Shown: positions 18,893-27,624 of the stretch, piece by piece
Layout: every line of letters begins with the position of its first letter
How positions within the stretch are numbered: the stretch's first letter is position 1
NCBI GenBank assembly: GCA_965649265.1
Contig: CBFGKC010000005.1
Coordinates: 128,629-192,628, forward strand
DNA: 64,000 nucleotides
Direction: 5' to 3'
DNA from: a candidate division WOR-3 bacterium
Lineage (GTDB): Bacteria; Hydrothermota; Tepidihabitantia; B3-TA06
Translations under genes and position numbers: made by a program
Notes under the pieces: model-generated
Told to the model about the DNA's origin: nothing
Database searches by the model: none
What the model saw: only the letters and a program-made list of their open reading frames with translations

Positions 18893-19701
18893 CAAAACTC
18901 GTGCTTCTAGGAACTGGTACCCCAAATGCCGAGGCCGACCGTTTCGGCCCCGCGCTCGCAGTCGTGTCGAACGAGCGTCCCTACATCGTCGATTTCGGGG
19001 CCGGGGTCGTACACAGAACGATTGAAGCGGGCCTCGATCCCAAAACGCTCACCCGCGCGTTTCTGACGCATCTTCATTCCGATCACACGGTGGGTTATCC
19101 GGACCTCCTTCTCACTCCCTGGGTGCTCGGCCGCACGGAGCCTTTAAAGGTCTACGGACCGCCGGGTCTAAAACAGCTTACCGAACACACCCTTGCCGCC
19201 TACTCTGAGGATATTAGGGAACGCTCGGAAGGCCTTCAGCCCTCCAACGAAACGGGGTGGAAGGCCGAAGCTCATGAAATAAGGGAACCAGGCGAGATAT
19301 ACGAGGATGAAAACGTAGCGGTCGAAGCGGTCGCGGTCAAACACGGCTCGTGGCGGGCTTACGGATACAAATTCACGACCAAGGACAGGAAGATAGTGAT
19401 ATCGTCGGATACCGCGCCGAGCGAGGGACTGATCGAGGCGGCAAAGGGCTGCGACATTCTCGTTCACGAGGTGTATTCGCTGGCCGGTTTTGCCCGCCGC
19501 TCAGAGGATTGGCAGCGCTACCACTCGAGCGTGCATACCTCCTCCCTCGAGCTGGCCGATATAGCGTCGAGGACTAGACCCGGGCTTCTGGTGCTCTATC
19601 ACCAGTTGTTCTGGGGTACGACTGAGGAGAAATTGCTGGCCGAGATATCCGAGCACTACGACGGCAAGGTGGTATCGGGCAGGGACCTAGACGTCTTCTG
19701 A
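18889..19701 (+). CDS. MBL-fold metallohydrolase (RNase Z / arylsulfatase-like)
   Basis: LLGTGTP; THLHSDH; SSDT; LVHE; HTS; LYH. Confidence 0.88.
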   Translation: MTKLVLLGTGTPNAEADRFGPALAVVSNERPYIVDFGAGVVHRTIEAGLDPKTLTRAFLTHLHSDHTVGYPDLLLTPWVLGRTEPLKVYGPPGLKQLTEHTLAAYSEDIRERSEGLQPSNETGWKAEAHEIREPGEIYEDENVAVEAVAVKHGSWRAYGYKFTTKDRKIVISSDTAPSEGLIEAAKGCDILVHEVYSLAGFARRSEDWQRYHSSVHTSSLELADIASRTRPGLLVLYHQLFWGTTEEKLLAEISEHYDGKVVSGRDLDVF

Positions 19702-19826
19702 CCCGGATTTCGTGATGCGATGACTTCTATACCCCCGGGGTTGTGAGTGAGTGGGAAGTCTAATTGACAGTATGGAACCCCGGAGTAAACTCCTTAAATC
19801 TTTAGTGCAGAAAATCCGGAGGTCAA

Positions 19827-20390
19827 ATGGATGCAATGGAAGCGATCCTCTCTCGCAAAAGCATAAGGAAGTTTCTTCCCAAGAAGATTCCCAGGGAAAC
19901 GATTAAAAAGATACTCGAGGCCGGCATACGCGCACCCTCGGGCGGCAACCGCCAGCCCTGGCGCTTCATAGTAGTCACGGACAGAAAGAAGATAAAGAAA
20001 TTCGACCCCTACGCTCACCAGCCGTGGGTGGAGGGGGCTCCGGCGGTGATTGTCGCATGCGCCAACCCTCACGACACATGGGAGCGCTACAACGAAAACG
20101 AGCAGTGCTACATTCTTGATACGTCCGCGGCAATAGAGAACATGCTGCTTGCCATACATGCACTGGGGCTCGGCGCGGTATGGTGTCTGACTTGCAGCAA
20201 GCGTGATATTCGCAAACTTCTTGCGATCCCGCCGGGCTGGCAGATAATCTCCATAATACCTTTCGGCTACTACGATATGAAAGATTCGGTAACGGCATAC
20301 GGAAAGACCGAGAAGAACAGCCAGATGAGACCGAGGAAGCCACTCAAGGAAGTCGCATTCATCAACGGGCCGGATACGCCGTTCGAATAA
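19827..20390 (+). CDS. Nitroreductase family protein
   Basis: RKSIRKF; APSGGNRQPWRFIVV; ENMLLA..LGLGAVW; promoter TTGACA-N16-TAAACT at 19764. Confidence 0.92.
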   Translation: MDAMEAILSRKSIRKFLPKKIPRETIKKILEAGIRAPSGGNRQPWRFIVVTDRKKIKKFDPYAHQPWVEGAPAVIVACANPHDTWERYNENEQCYILDTSAAIENMLLAIHALGLGAVWCLTCSKRDIRKLLAIPPGWQIISIIPFGYYDMKDSVTAYGKTEKNSQMRPRKPLKEVAFINGPDTPFE

Positions 20391-20416
20391 AAATGCAAGT
20401 CTTTTAGGAGAATCGG

Positions 20417-20911
20417 TTGGAGTTTTGCATACCTTTCTTCGCAATCCTTGTCCTGGCGGCACTTCCAGTCGGAATCATCCTCCTATTCGCAGGCATAAAG
20501 GCCGCCCAGAGAAGACGGTTTCAGTCCGGGATCATTAAATCCAGATCATCTGAACTCTCCCACGGCTCCTGGTTTCCAGTTCGTTACGCCTCAGAACGCA
20601 AGTACAAGCGCTGGCTGAAGTTTTTCCCGTGGGAAACATCCGGAATCATCCATGCGTATGAGAATCGCCTAACTATCTATCTTGAGAAACTTAACGGTCA
20701 AAAGAACTTCACCATATCCCTAGATTCCAACACGATCAGGATAGGTTGGGCGGGCACCGAGGCATTTCGAAACGGCGTGACTTCGTGGCTTATCATCGAG
20801 ACCGGGTTCGAGAGACACTATATTACCTCCGAAACAGGTATGTTTGTGTTCAACTCGAATTCCTCGACCCGCAAGATGTACGACGAGCTTGCAAGATTCC
20901 TAAACGTGTAG
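20417..20911 (+). CDS. Hypothetical membrane-anchored protein
   Basis: SD AGGAG, TTG start; N-terminal TM helix and a PH-like beta C-terminus. Confidence 0.6.
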   Translation: MEFCIPFFAILVLAALPVGIILLFAGIKAAQRRRFQSGIIKSRSSELSHGSWFPVRYASERKYKRWLKFFPWETSGIIHAYENRLTIYLEKLNGQKNFTISLDSNTIRIGWAGTEAFRNGVTSWLIIETGFERHYITSETGMFVFNSNSSTRKMYDELARFLNV

Positions 20912-20984
20912 CTTGTTGCTGTGAGAAACGAACAATTGAAATTCCCTTGGACCAGCCAGGCAGGACCGGGGTCTGCGACATTGT

Positions 20985-21674
20985 ATGTCCCCTATTTCTG
21001 AAGGGATAGGCTCTCTTAACGAGAGCACCCTCCATGCGGCCGTAAAGGAATGGTACTCGAGACCGGGCGACAGGTTCGAGGTAAAAATCGAGGGCTCGAT
21101 CATCGATATCGTTCGTGGACCGCAACTTATAGAAATCCAGACGTCCAACTTTGCCGCGCTCCGCAAGAAACTCGCAAAACTTATCGACCGGCACCCGATA
21201 AGGGTCGTGTACCCCCTCCCCATCTCGCGGCGGCTCGTTAGCGTCTCGCCGAAAGGAGTCGTGCTGGGCAGCCGCAAGTCGCCTAAAAAAGGCAACTTGC
21301 TCGACATGTTCGAGGAGCTTTTGCGCATCCCCGAGCTCATAAATCACCCAAACTTCACACTTGAGGTGCTTACGTGCAGCATCGAGGAGGTTCGAACCGC
21401 GGACGGCAAGGGCAGCCGGTGGCGCAAGGGTGTGAGCATCAAGGACCGGCGACTCGTAGAAGTCTTTGATTCATACACGTTTACGCGCAGTCAGGACTTT
21501 CTTCGCTTTCTGCCTGACAGTCTCGAAAGCCCCTTCACCAACAAGGCATTCGCCCTCGCGCTTGGGATACAAGTGTCCGAAGCATCGAGAGTTACGTACA
21601 CCCTCCGACGTATGGGCGTGCTCACCGTCGCGGGTAAGTTTCGCTATGAGGTGCTTTACGAGGTAACCATTTAG
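20985..21674 (+). CDS. PD-(D/E)XK-like nuclease-fold protein with C-terminal wHTH
   Basis: ES.LH..VK; IIDIV..LIEIQT (D...E.Q); C-terminal helix-turn-helix-wing. Confidence 0.6.
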   Translation: MSPISEGIGSLNESTLHAAVKEWYSRPGDRFEVKIEGSIIDIVRGPQLIEIQTSNFAALRKKLAKLIDRHPIRVVYPLPISRRLVSVSPKGVVLGSRKSPKKGNLLDMFEELLRIPELINHPNFTLEVLTCSIEEVRTADGKGSRWRKGVSIKDRRLVEVFDSYTFTRSQDFLRFLPDSLESPFTNKAFALALGIQVSEASRVTYTLRRMGVLTVAGKFRYEVLYEVTI

Positions 21675-22044
21675 CCCCAAGAAAATGCGGAGCATTTTCT
21701 TGGGGTTAAAAAAGCTGGACAAAAGTGGGACAAAAGATGGTCAAAAGATGGACATTTCGGGCAAAAAAGGGGGGGATTTTCGTGAAAAAAAAGTTGGACA
21801 AACGGGGTCCCCGAGAAATTGCGCAGCGATTTTTTGGGGCAGAAAAAGTTGGTCAAAAGATGGACAAAACAGTTTTTTTGAGGATCAAAATGGGATGATT
21901 TTTTTGCTTTTTAAGGGGAAACGAGGCGGTTAAGCTTCCCCTCACCCTACCCTCCCCACCAAGGGGAGGGAATCAATTGTGTCCCCCTCCCCGGTGGACA
22001 GCGTGCCCCTTGGGGTGCCTGCACCCCATAGGGTAGGGGGGAGG
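21674..22044. repeat. Composite REP-like repeat region, copy 2 (inverted relative to copy 1)
   Basis: 11-bp GGACAAAAG arrays, GGGGTCCCC hairpin and CCCTCACCCTACCCTCCCC; homologous to 7797-8300 and 63860-64000. Confidence 0.85.
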
Positions 22045-22147
22045 AGGTATTCAAAACATCAGTTTTTGGATTATTATTTTAAGAAAGAGAATCGAGCAAG
22101 GTCTTGACAAGGTAAACAAAAGTGATTATAATTATGAGGAGGATGAT

Positions 22148-22993
22148 ATGGTCAGCAAAAGTGTTATAACCGACATTGGGCCTTGGAGTGAAATCAAGCT
22201 TGATATAATTAGAAAATATACTCAGGCTTACGCTAGGATTTTAGCAAATCAACCAAATTTGAACCACGTCTACATCGATGCATTTGCAGGGGCTGGAAGA
22301 CATCTCTCTCGGACCACAAACGAAATTGTTGATGGCTCTCCTAAGGTTGTATTAGACATAGAACCCCATTTCAAGGAATATTACTTCATAGACCTCAAAA
22401 AAGAGAAGGTGGAAGAATTAAAAAAAATTGCTGAAGAGAGAAAACCTACACAGTCAATCCATGTCTACGAGGGGGATTGTAATGAAAAGCTAAAAGAGAT
22501 TTTTCCTGAAGTTAAGTATGAAGATTATCGGAGAGGTTTGTGTCTCCTTGATCCATACGGTCTTCACCTTAATTGGGAGTTGATACAGATTGCTGGTCAA
22601 ATGAGATCCATTGAGATATTTTTGAATTTCCCGGTATATGACATGAACCTTAATGCATTATGGAAGAAACCAGAAAAGCTAGACGAAAATCGAAAACTGC
22701 GTATGAACAGATTTTGGGGTGATGAAAGTTGGCAAGAGGTTGTCTATAGACCAAAACGTCAGCAAAATTTATTTACTGAAGGCTTAGAAGAAAAAATAGA
22801 TAACGCAACCGAGGCTATAGTAGAAGCATTTCATGAAAGATTGCTTAAAATCGCAGGATTCCCATATGTTCCGGAACCTATTCCAATGAGGAATACAAAG
22901 GGTAACATACTATACTTCATCTACTTTGCATCCCATAAGGAAGTCGGTTATAATATAGCAAAAGGAGTATTCAAAAAGGCTATGGTAGTCTGA
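22148..22993 (+). CDS. tcmP: Three-Cys-motif partner protein (SAM-dependent methyltransferase fold)
   Basis: WSEIKL; YIDAFAGAG; GSP; GDCN; LLDPYG; EIFLNFP; AT-rich; promoter TTGACA-N17-TATAAT at 22104. Confidence 0.85.
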   Translation: MVSKSVITDIGPWSEIKLDIIRKYTQAYARILANQPNLNHVYIDAFAGAGRHLSRTTNEIVDGSPKVVLDIEPHFKEYYFIDLKKEKVEELKKIAEERKPTQSIHVYEGDCNEKLKEIFPEVKYEDYRRGLCLLDPYGLHLNWELIQIAGQMRSIEIFLNFPVYDMNLNALWKKPEKLDENRKLRMNRFWGDESWQEVVYRPKRQQNLFTEGLEEKIDNATEAIVEAFHERLLKIAGFPYVPEPIPMRNTKGNILYFIYFASHKEVGYNIAKGVFKKAMVV

Positions 22994-22994
22994 G

Positions 22995-23729
22995 ATGGTA
23001 GATAAATCCTCAATCGAATGGACGGAGTCAACGTGGAACCCGGTTACGGGCTGCACCAAGATAAGCGCGGGGTGCGCAAACTGCTACGCCGAGCGCATGG
23101 CAAAGCGTCTCCACGCGATGGGCATGCACGCCTACCACAACGGGTTCAAGGTCACAACCCACCCCCACCTCATCAACGCGCCCTTGGCGTGGCGCAGGCC
23201 GCGGCTCGTCTTCGTCAATTCGATGAGCGATCTCTTTCACGAGGATGTCCCACTCGACTGCATCACGGAAATCTTCAACGTCATGTGCCGCGCCAGTCAG
23301 CATACGTTCCAGATTCTCACGAAAAGGGCCGAAAGACTTCGGGAATTGAGCCCGAGCCTTTGCTGGTCCGCTAACATATGGATGGGAGTCACGGTTGAGG
23401 ACCAGAGCTGCGTCCACCGCATCCAGAGCCTTCGCTCCACACAAGCAAAGGTAAAGTTCCTCTCTCTGGAGCCGCTTCTGGGTCCGCTGCCGAAGCTCGA
23501 TCTTGCGGGCATCGACTGGGTCATTGTGGGCGGCGAGTCGGGCCCCAATTCGCGCGTGATGCGCCGGGAGTGGGTGCTCGATATCCTTGCCCAGTGTACG
23601 AAGGCCGGGGTTTCCTTCTTCTTCAAGCAGTGGGGCGGCACGAACAAGAAGAAATCGGGCAGGCTTCTCGACGGCCGCACCTGGGACCAGATGCCCCAAA
23701 TAGAGACCCCGCTTCCGGTCGAAGCCTAG
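22995..23729 (+). CDS. DUF5131 / phage Gp37-Gp68 family radical-SAM-like protein
   Basis: IEWT..TWNPVTGCTKISAGCANCYA; FVNSMSDLFH; LTKR; GGESGP; FFKQWGG. Confidence 0.92.
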   Translation: MVDKSSIEWTESTWNPVTGCTKISAGCANCYAERMAKRLHAMGMHAYHNGFKVTTHPHLINAPLAWRRPRLVFVNSMSDLFHEDVPLDCITEIFNVMCRASQHTFQILTKRAERLRELSPSLCWSANIWMGVTVEDQSCVHRIQSLRSTQAKVKFLSLEPLLGPLPKLDLAGIDWVIVGGESGPNSRVMRREWVLDILAQCTKAGVSFFFKQWGGTNKKKSGRLLDGRTWDQMPQIETPLPVEA

Positions 23730-23900
23730 CACCCCCCACCCCTGGTCTGGGACGTTCAGTTTTACGCGTTCAAATCCCCGGTGTTTTGTGAAGAAATAGT
23801 TCTCCACCCCGGCCGAGCGAGCCGGTAAACTGGGACTTGACAAACATCATATTCAGTGTATACTTATGTATACTCAAAATTAAAACCTGGAGGAGCTATT

Positions 23901-24863
23901 ATGGCCAAGATGTTGGAAAACCTTGACTACAGCTGCAAGTGGGTTTCTGAACTCGGATGCATCAAGGGATGTCTGGATCATCTGGGAATCAGCGCGTCCG
24001 ACGCGTGGGTGTACGGCGCATCCGGGCACGCGTTCATCATCAACATGCACGACGAGATGTGCCCTTCGGGTCCCACCGCGTGGAACTCGGAAGGGATGCT
24101 CAAGCTTGTCGAGAACGTCGGCTGCACAATAGAGGGCATGCATTCGCATAAGGGGGCGCCTGACTTCGCAGAAAAGAAAAAGAAGGCGTGGGAGTTCACC
24201 AAACAAGCCATCGACGCTGGATTCCCCTGCTTCGGCTGGGAGCTTGCCATTCCGGAATACTACGTCGTCTACGGCTATGACGACGACCACTACCTATTCA
24301 AAGGACCGGCCATGAATCCCGAAACCAGGCCGAGACCCTGGCAGGAACTCGGCGAGGCCGAGACCGGCGCCCTCTACATGTCTTCGGTAAAACCCGGCCG
24401 GGCAAAGAGCGATGCCGACGTAGTGAAGGAGGCCCTTGCGTTCGCGGTCGAGCATGCCCGGGACCCCAAAAAGTGGACGTTCCCGAAATACACGACCGGA
24501 CCCGGAGCCTTTGACAACTGGGCCAGGGCGCTCGAATCGGAGGAGGCCTCGGGATTCGGTGCCGCCTACAACGCCCAGGTCTGGCACGAGTGCCGGCACC
24601 TGGCGGTCGAATTCCTCAAGGAGGCAAAGGAACGTCTCTCGAACCCCGCGCTCGATCCTCTGTTCGACGAGGCAGTGGGATACTATGAGGTTGTCCGCGA
24701 CAAGCTCAAGGAGGTTGCAGGACTGTTCCCGTTCCTCGAGTTCGACCCCGGCCACATCAAGGACGCTTCTCGCCGCGAGAAGGCCGCCGCCGCGATCAAA
24801 CGGTGCCGTGAGGCCGAGTCCGAAGGACTCGAGACGTTGGAGAAGATCGCAAAGGCGCTCTGA
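23901..24863 (+). CDS. BtrH/C39-like fold protein of unknown function
   Basis: SD GGAGG; G.SG.AF; AIDAG.P; YVVYGYD; helical C-terminus; promoter TTGACA-N16-TATACT at 23837. Confidence 0.6.
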   Translation: MAKMLENLDYSCKWVSELGCIKGCLDHLGISASDAWVYGASGHAFIINMHDEMCPSGPTAWNSEGMLKLVENVGCTIEGMHSHKGAPDFAEKKKKAWEFTKQAIDAGFPCFGWELAIPEYYVVYGYDDDHYLFKGPAMNPETRPRPWQELGEAETGALYMSSVKPGRAKSDADVVKEALAFAVEHARDPKKWTFPKYTTGPGAFDNWARALESEEASGFGAAYNAQVWHECRHLAVEFLKEAKERLSNPALDPLFDEAVGYYEVVRDKLKEVAGLFPFLEFDPGHIKDASRREKAAAAIKRCREAESEGLETLEKIAKAL

Positions 24864-24933
24864 ATCATGTTACCGCTGTGAGGGTGTAGCGAGGTAGAGC
24901 GGGAAAAACGCGTTATAACGAAAAAGGAGATAC

Positions 24934-25887
24934 ATGAAAGGTCTTCTTTCCGGAATGTGTTTTGTTATGCTTCTCAGCGCCGGGCTTAATGCCCAGGATA
25001 CTATTAACTCGAATCCGTCAGACGAAAGGAATGCAATGCTCGAATACTACACCTCCCAGGGTCCAATGACAGACCCCGGCAAATACGCGGCGCTGTATGA
25101 GGGCCTGCCCGACGACGTCGGCGGACTGGTCAAGGTCGTGCAAGGCGCATTCATTCACGTCTTCTGGGCACGCGCCTACGGCGTCGAATTGACCCAGGAA
25201 AAGGCGGCCTCCATCGGCATCCGCACCATTGAAGGCAAGCTGGCCGAAATCGAGGCGCAGGACAAACGCCCTCTATCCCAGTCGCGCGAGCCGGACAAGC
25301 GGCTTGTGGCCAACTGCAGGGACTACTCGCTGCTACTCTGCTCGTTCCTGAGACATAAGGGAATACCGGCACGGCCGAGGTGCGGGTTCGCGAGCTACTT
25401 TCAGCCCGGCGTGCACATGGATCACTGGATTTGCGAGTACTGGAACGCTCGAGAAGAGCGCTGGGTGCGCGTGGACGCGCAGCTCGACAGCGTCCAGATT
25501 TCCGCCCTCGGCATCGAATTCGATCCGCTTGACTTGCCTGAAGGTGCATTCCTTACCGGCGGCGAAGCCTGGGCGCTCTGCCGTGCGGGCAAGCTCGACC
25601 CCGACAAATGCGGGTTCTTCGATCCCCCCGACCTCAAAGGCATGTGGTTCATCCGCGGCGACATGATTCGTGACTTCATGGCCTTAAACAAGGTCGAGAT
25701 TCTTCCATGGGACTCGAATGACTCAGGACTCTCAGGGATTGCGGATGAAAAACTTACCGAAAGCGATTACGCCATGCTGGACAAGATCGCTTCTCTGACC
25801 GCCGAAGGCGACAGCGCGTTCGGTGATATCCGGGAGCTCTATGAATCCGCTCCGACACTCAGGATGCCCGAAGGCTGGACCCCGTAA
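24934..25887 (+). CDS. Secreted transglutaminase-like (Cys-His-Asp) protein
   Basis: Signal peptide; NCRDY; GIPARPRCGF; DHWICEYW; VDAQ. Confidence 0.85.
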   Translation: MKGLLSGMCFVMLLSAGLNAQDTINSNPSDERNAMLEYYTSQGPMTDPGKYAALYEGLPDDVGGLVKVVQGAFIHVFWARAYGVELTQEKAASIGIRTIEGKLAEIEAQDKRPLSQSREPDKRLVANCRDYSLLLCSFLRHKGIPARPRCGFASYFQPGVHMDHWICEYWNAREERWVRVDAQLDSVQISALGIEFDPLDLPEGAFLTGGEAWALCRAGKLDPDKCGFFDPPDLKGMWFIRGDMIRDFMALNKVEILPWDSNDSGLSGIADEKLTESDYAMLDKIASLTAEGDSAFGDIRELYESAPTLRMPEGWTP

Positions 25888-25933
25888 CACCCGTAACACC
25901 CGTAACACCCGCAACACCCGTAACCCCGTAACC
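25881..25933 (+). repeat. (CCCGTAACA)n tandem 9-mer, ~6 units
   Basis: Direct reading; the first unit supplies the TAA stop of the upstream gene. Confidence 0.9.
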
Positions 25934-26131
25934 CTGCGGGGTAGGGTCTGACCCTTGAAATGAGCTTGCATTTCAGAAGTCAGGGTCCACCCCTTGAGAT
26001 ATGGCTATATCCCATAGGGCGTTCTTATATGCAGCTTCCGTCTAAGGAAATAACGCCCGTAACCGTCCCCCCCCCCCGTGGCAGGCAATGAAGACATGAA
26101 CGGGCATTCGAAACGTAAGAAAGGAAAGAAT

Positions 26132-27073
26132 GTGAAATGGACTTTCTACGTATTGGGTCTCATGTTTTTTTTCACAGGACTCAAAGCCCAGGGATCTGAT
26201 ACGACAAGTCCGACAACCGAAAGGAGTGCCATGCTCGAGTATTACACAACACAGGGTGTAATTACAGACCCCGGGAAGTACGAGGATTTGTACAAAGAAC
26301 TGCCTGATGATGTACATGGGCTGGTGCAAGTCGTTACAGGCCTCTTGCTGCACGAAGCCCACCTCGCGGCGTATAAAGTCGAACTCACCGAGGAAAGAAA
26401 GAGCGAGTTGCAGCTGCGAAGAGTCGAGGATATGCTCGGGAAGATAATGACCCTGGACGAGCAACCGCTCGTTACCCCCCGGGAACCCGGAAAGCGGTTG
26501 ATCGTAGACTGCAGGCACTTTACCGTTCTTGCCTGCTCATTTCTGAGATACAAAGGCATACCTGCAAGGGCAAGATGCGGCTTCGGGGGCTACTTCCAAC
26601 CCGGGATATACTCCGATCACTGGATATGTGAGTACTGGGACAGCACCCGGAACCGCTGGATAAAACTCGATGCGGTGTTCAACGAAGCGATCGCAAAGGA
26701 ATTTCCGGTGAACGTCTACGATCTGCCGCAAGGTGCCTTCCTTACGGGCGGTGAGGCCTGGAAACTCTGCCGCGCCGGTAAGCTGGACCCCGACAAATGC
26801 GGTTTTTTCGATCCCCCGCATCTTAAAGGAATGTGGTTTATCAGGGATGATATGATCCGCGACTTCATGGCTCTAAACAAGGTGGAGCTTCTCCCCTGGG
26901 ACTGCAACGAAGTCATGGGTTACTCCTCGGATAAACCTCTGTCTGAAACGGAGTTCAAAATTTGGGATGAGCTGGCGGAGCTGACGGCATCGGTGGATGA
27001 GCGGTTTGAAGATGTACGAAGCCGTTACGAGTCCGATTCGAGCCTGCGAATGCCTGCGGATTGGAACCCTTAA
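26132..27073 (+). CDS. Secreted transglutaminase-like protein, tandem paralog
   Basis: GTG 26132 starts the signal peptide; DCRHF; GIPARARCGF; DHWICEYW; LDA. Confidence 0.85.
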   Translation: MKWTFYVLGLMFFFTGLKAQGSDTTSPTTERSAMLEYYTTQGVITDPGKYEDLYKELPDDVHGLVQVVTGLLLHEAHLAAYKVELTEERKSELQLRRVEDMLGKIMTLDEQPLVTPREPGKRLIVDCRHFTVLACSFLRYKGIPARARCGFGGYFQPGIYSDHWICEYWDSTRNRWIKLDAVFNEAIAKEFPVNVYDLPQGAFLTGGEAWKLCRAGKLDPDKCGFFDPPHLKGMWFIRDDMIRDFMALNKVELLPWDCNEVMGYSSDKPLSETEFKIWDELAELTASVDERFEDVRSRYESDSSLRMPADWNP

Positions 27074-27149
27074 CACCACCCGTGACCGCCCTCCTCCCCG
27101 GTAACGCCATGACGCAGCGACAAAGAATCCCCAAGCAGAAGGAGATGGA

Positions 27150-27575
27150 ATGGATCAAACGGATAAGCACGAGCGAATGAACCGGCTTCTCGGGCAGGCC
27201 AGGGAAACGAACGGAGAAGCAAGACGCGCTGAGATTCTCCAGGAACGCGGCCGCCTGTGCATCAACGAAACGTGGATTAAAAAGGCGAAGGCCGCTGCAA
27301 AGGCCGCAAGGAATGACGGGGAGTTTCTCGATAACCTGGGAAAGGTCTACCGGTTCCTCAAGCGGGAGCCAGGCAAGGTCTACGTCGTTTATCCGAAGTG
27401 CTACTGTCATCTCAAGAAGGAGTTCGGCGGCGATGTTCCGCATTGGTACTGCGACTGCACCGTCGGCTGGACTAAGGAGATGTTCGAGCAAGCGCTCTCG
27501 AGGCCGGTCGAAGTAATTCTCGAATCATCCGTCATCCGCGGCGGCAAGGAGTGCAGGCTTAGGGTAATGCTGTGA
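27150..27575 (+). CDS. DUF6144-like Cys-rich (V4R-like) protein
   Basis: YPKCYCH; YCDCTVGW; VEV..SVIRGGKECR. Confidence 0.7.
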   Translation: MDQTDKHERMNRLLGQARETNGEARRAEILQERGRLCINETWIKKAKAAAKAARNDGEFLDNLGKVYRFLKREPGKVYVVYPKCYCHLKKEFGGDVPHWYCDCTVGWTKEMFEQALSRPVEVILESSVIRGGKECRLRVML

Positions 27576-27624
27576 TTTTTCAACCCGACTTGCGATTCGA
27601 CCGCCCGCCGGCGGCCCCTCCCCC

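Noticed and set aside
21685-21933. 82-aa ORF (and similar ORFs at 2101, 2307, 7817, 8077, 58208, 62739, 63086, 63379)
   Set aside because: Translations of repeat DNA with no SD, promoter or family motifs
22995-23729. Prophage suggested by the Gp37/Gp68 family gene
   Set aside because: No integrase, structural or replication genes nearby; the family is common outside phages with tcmP
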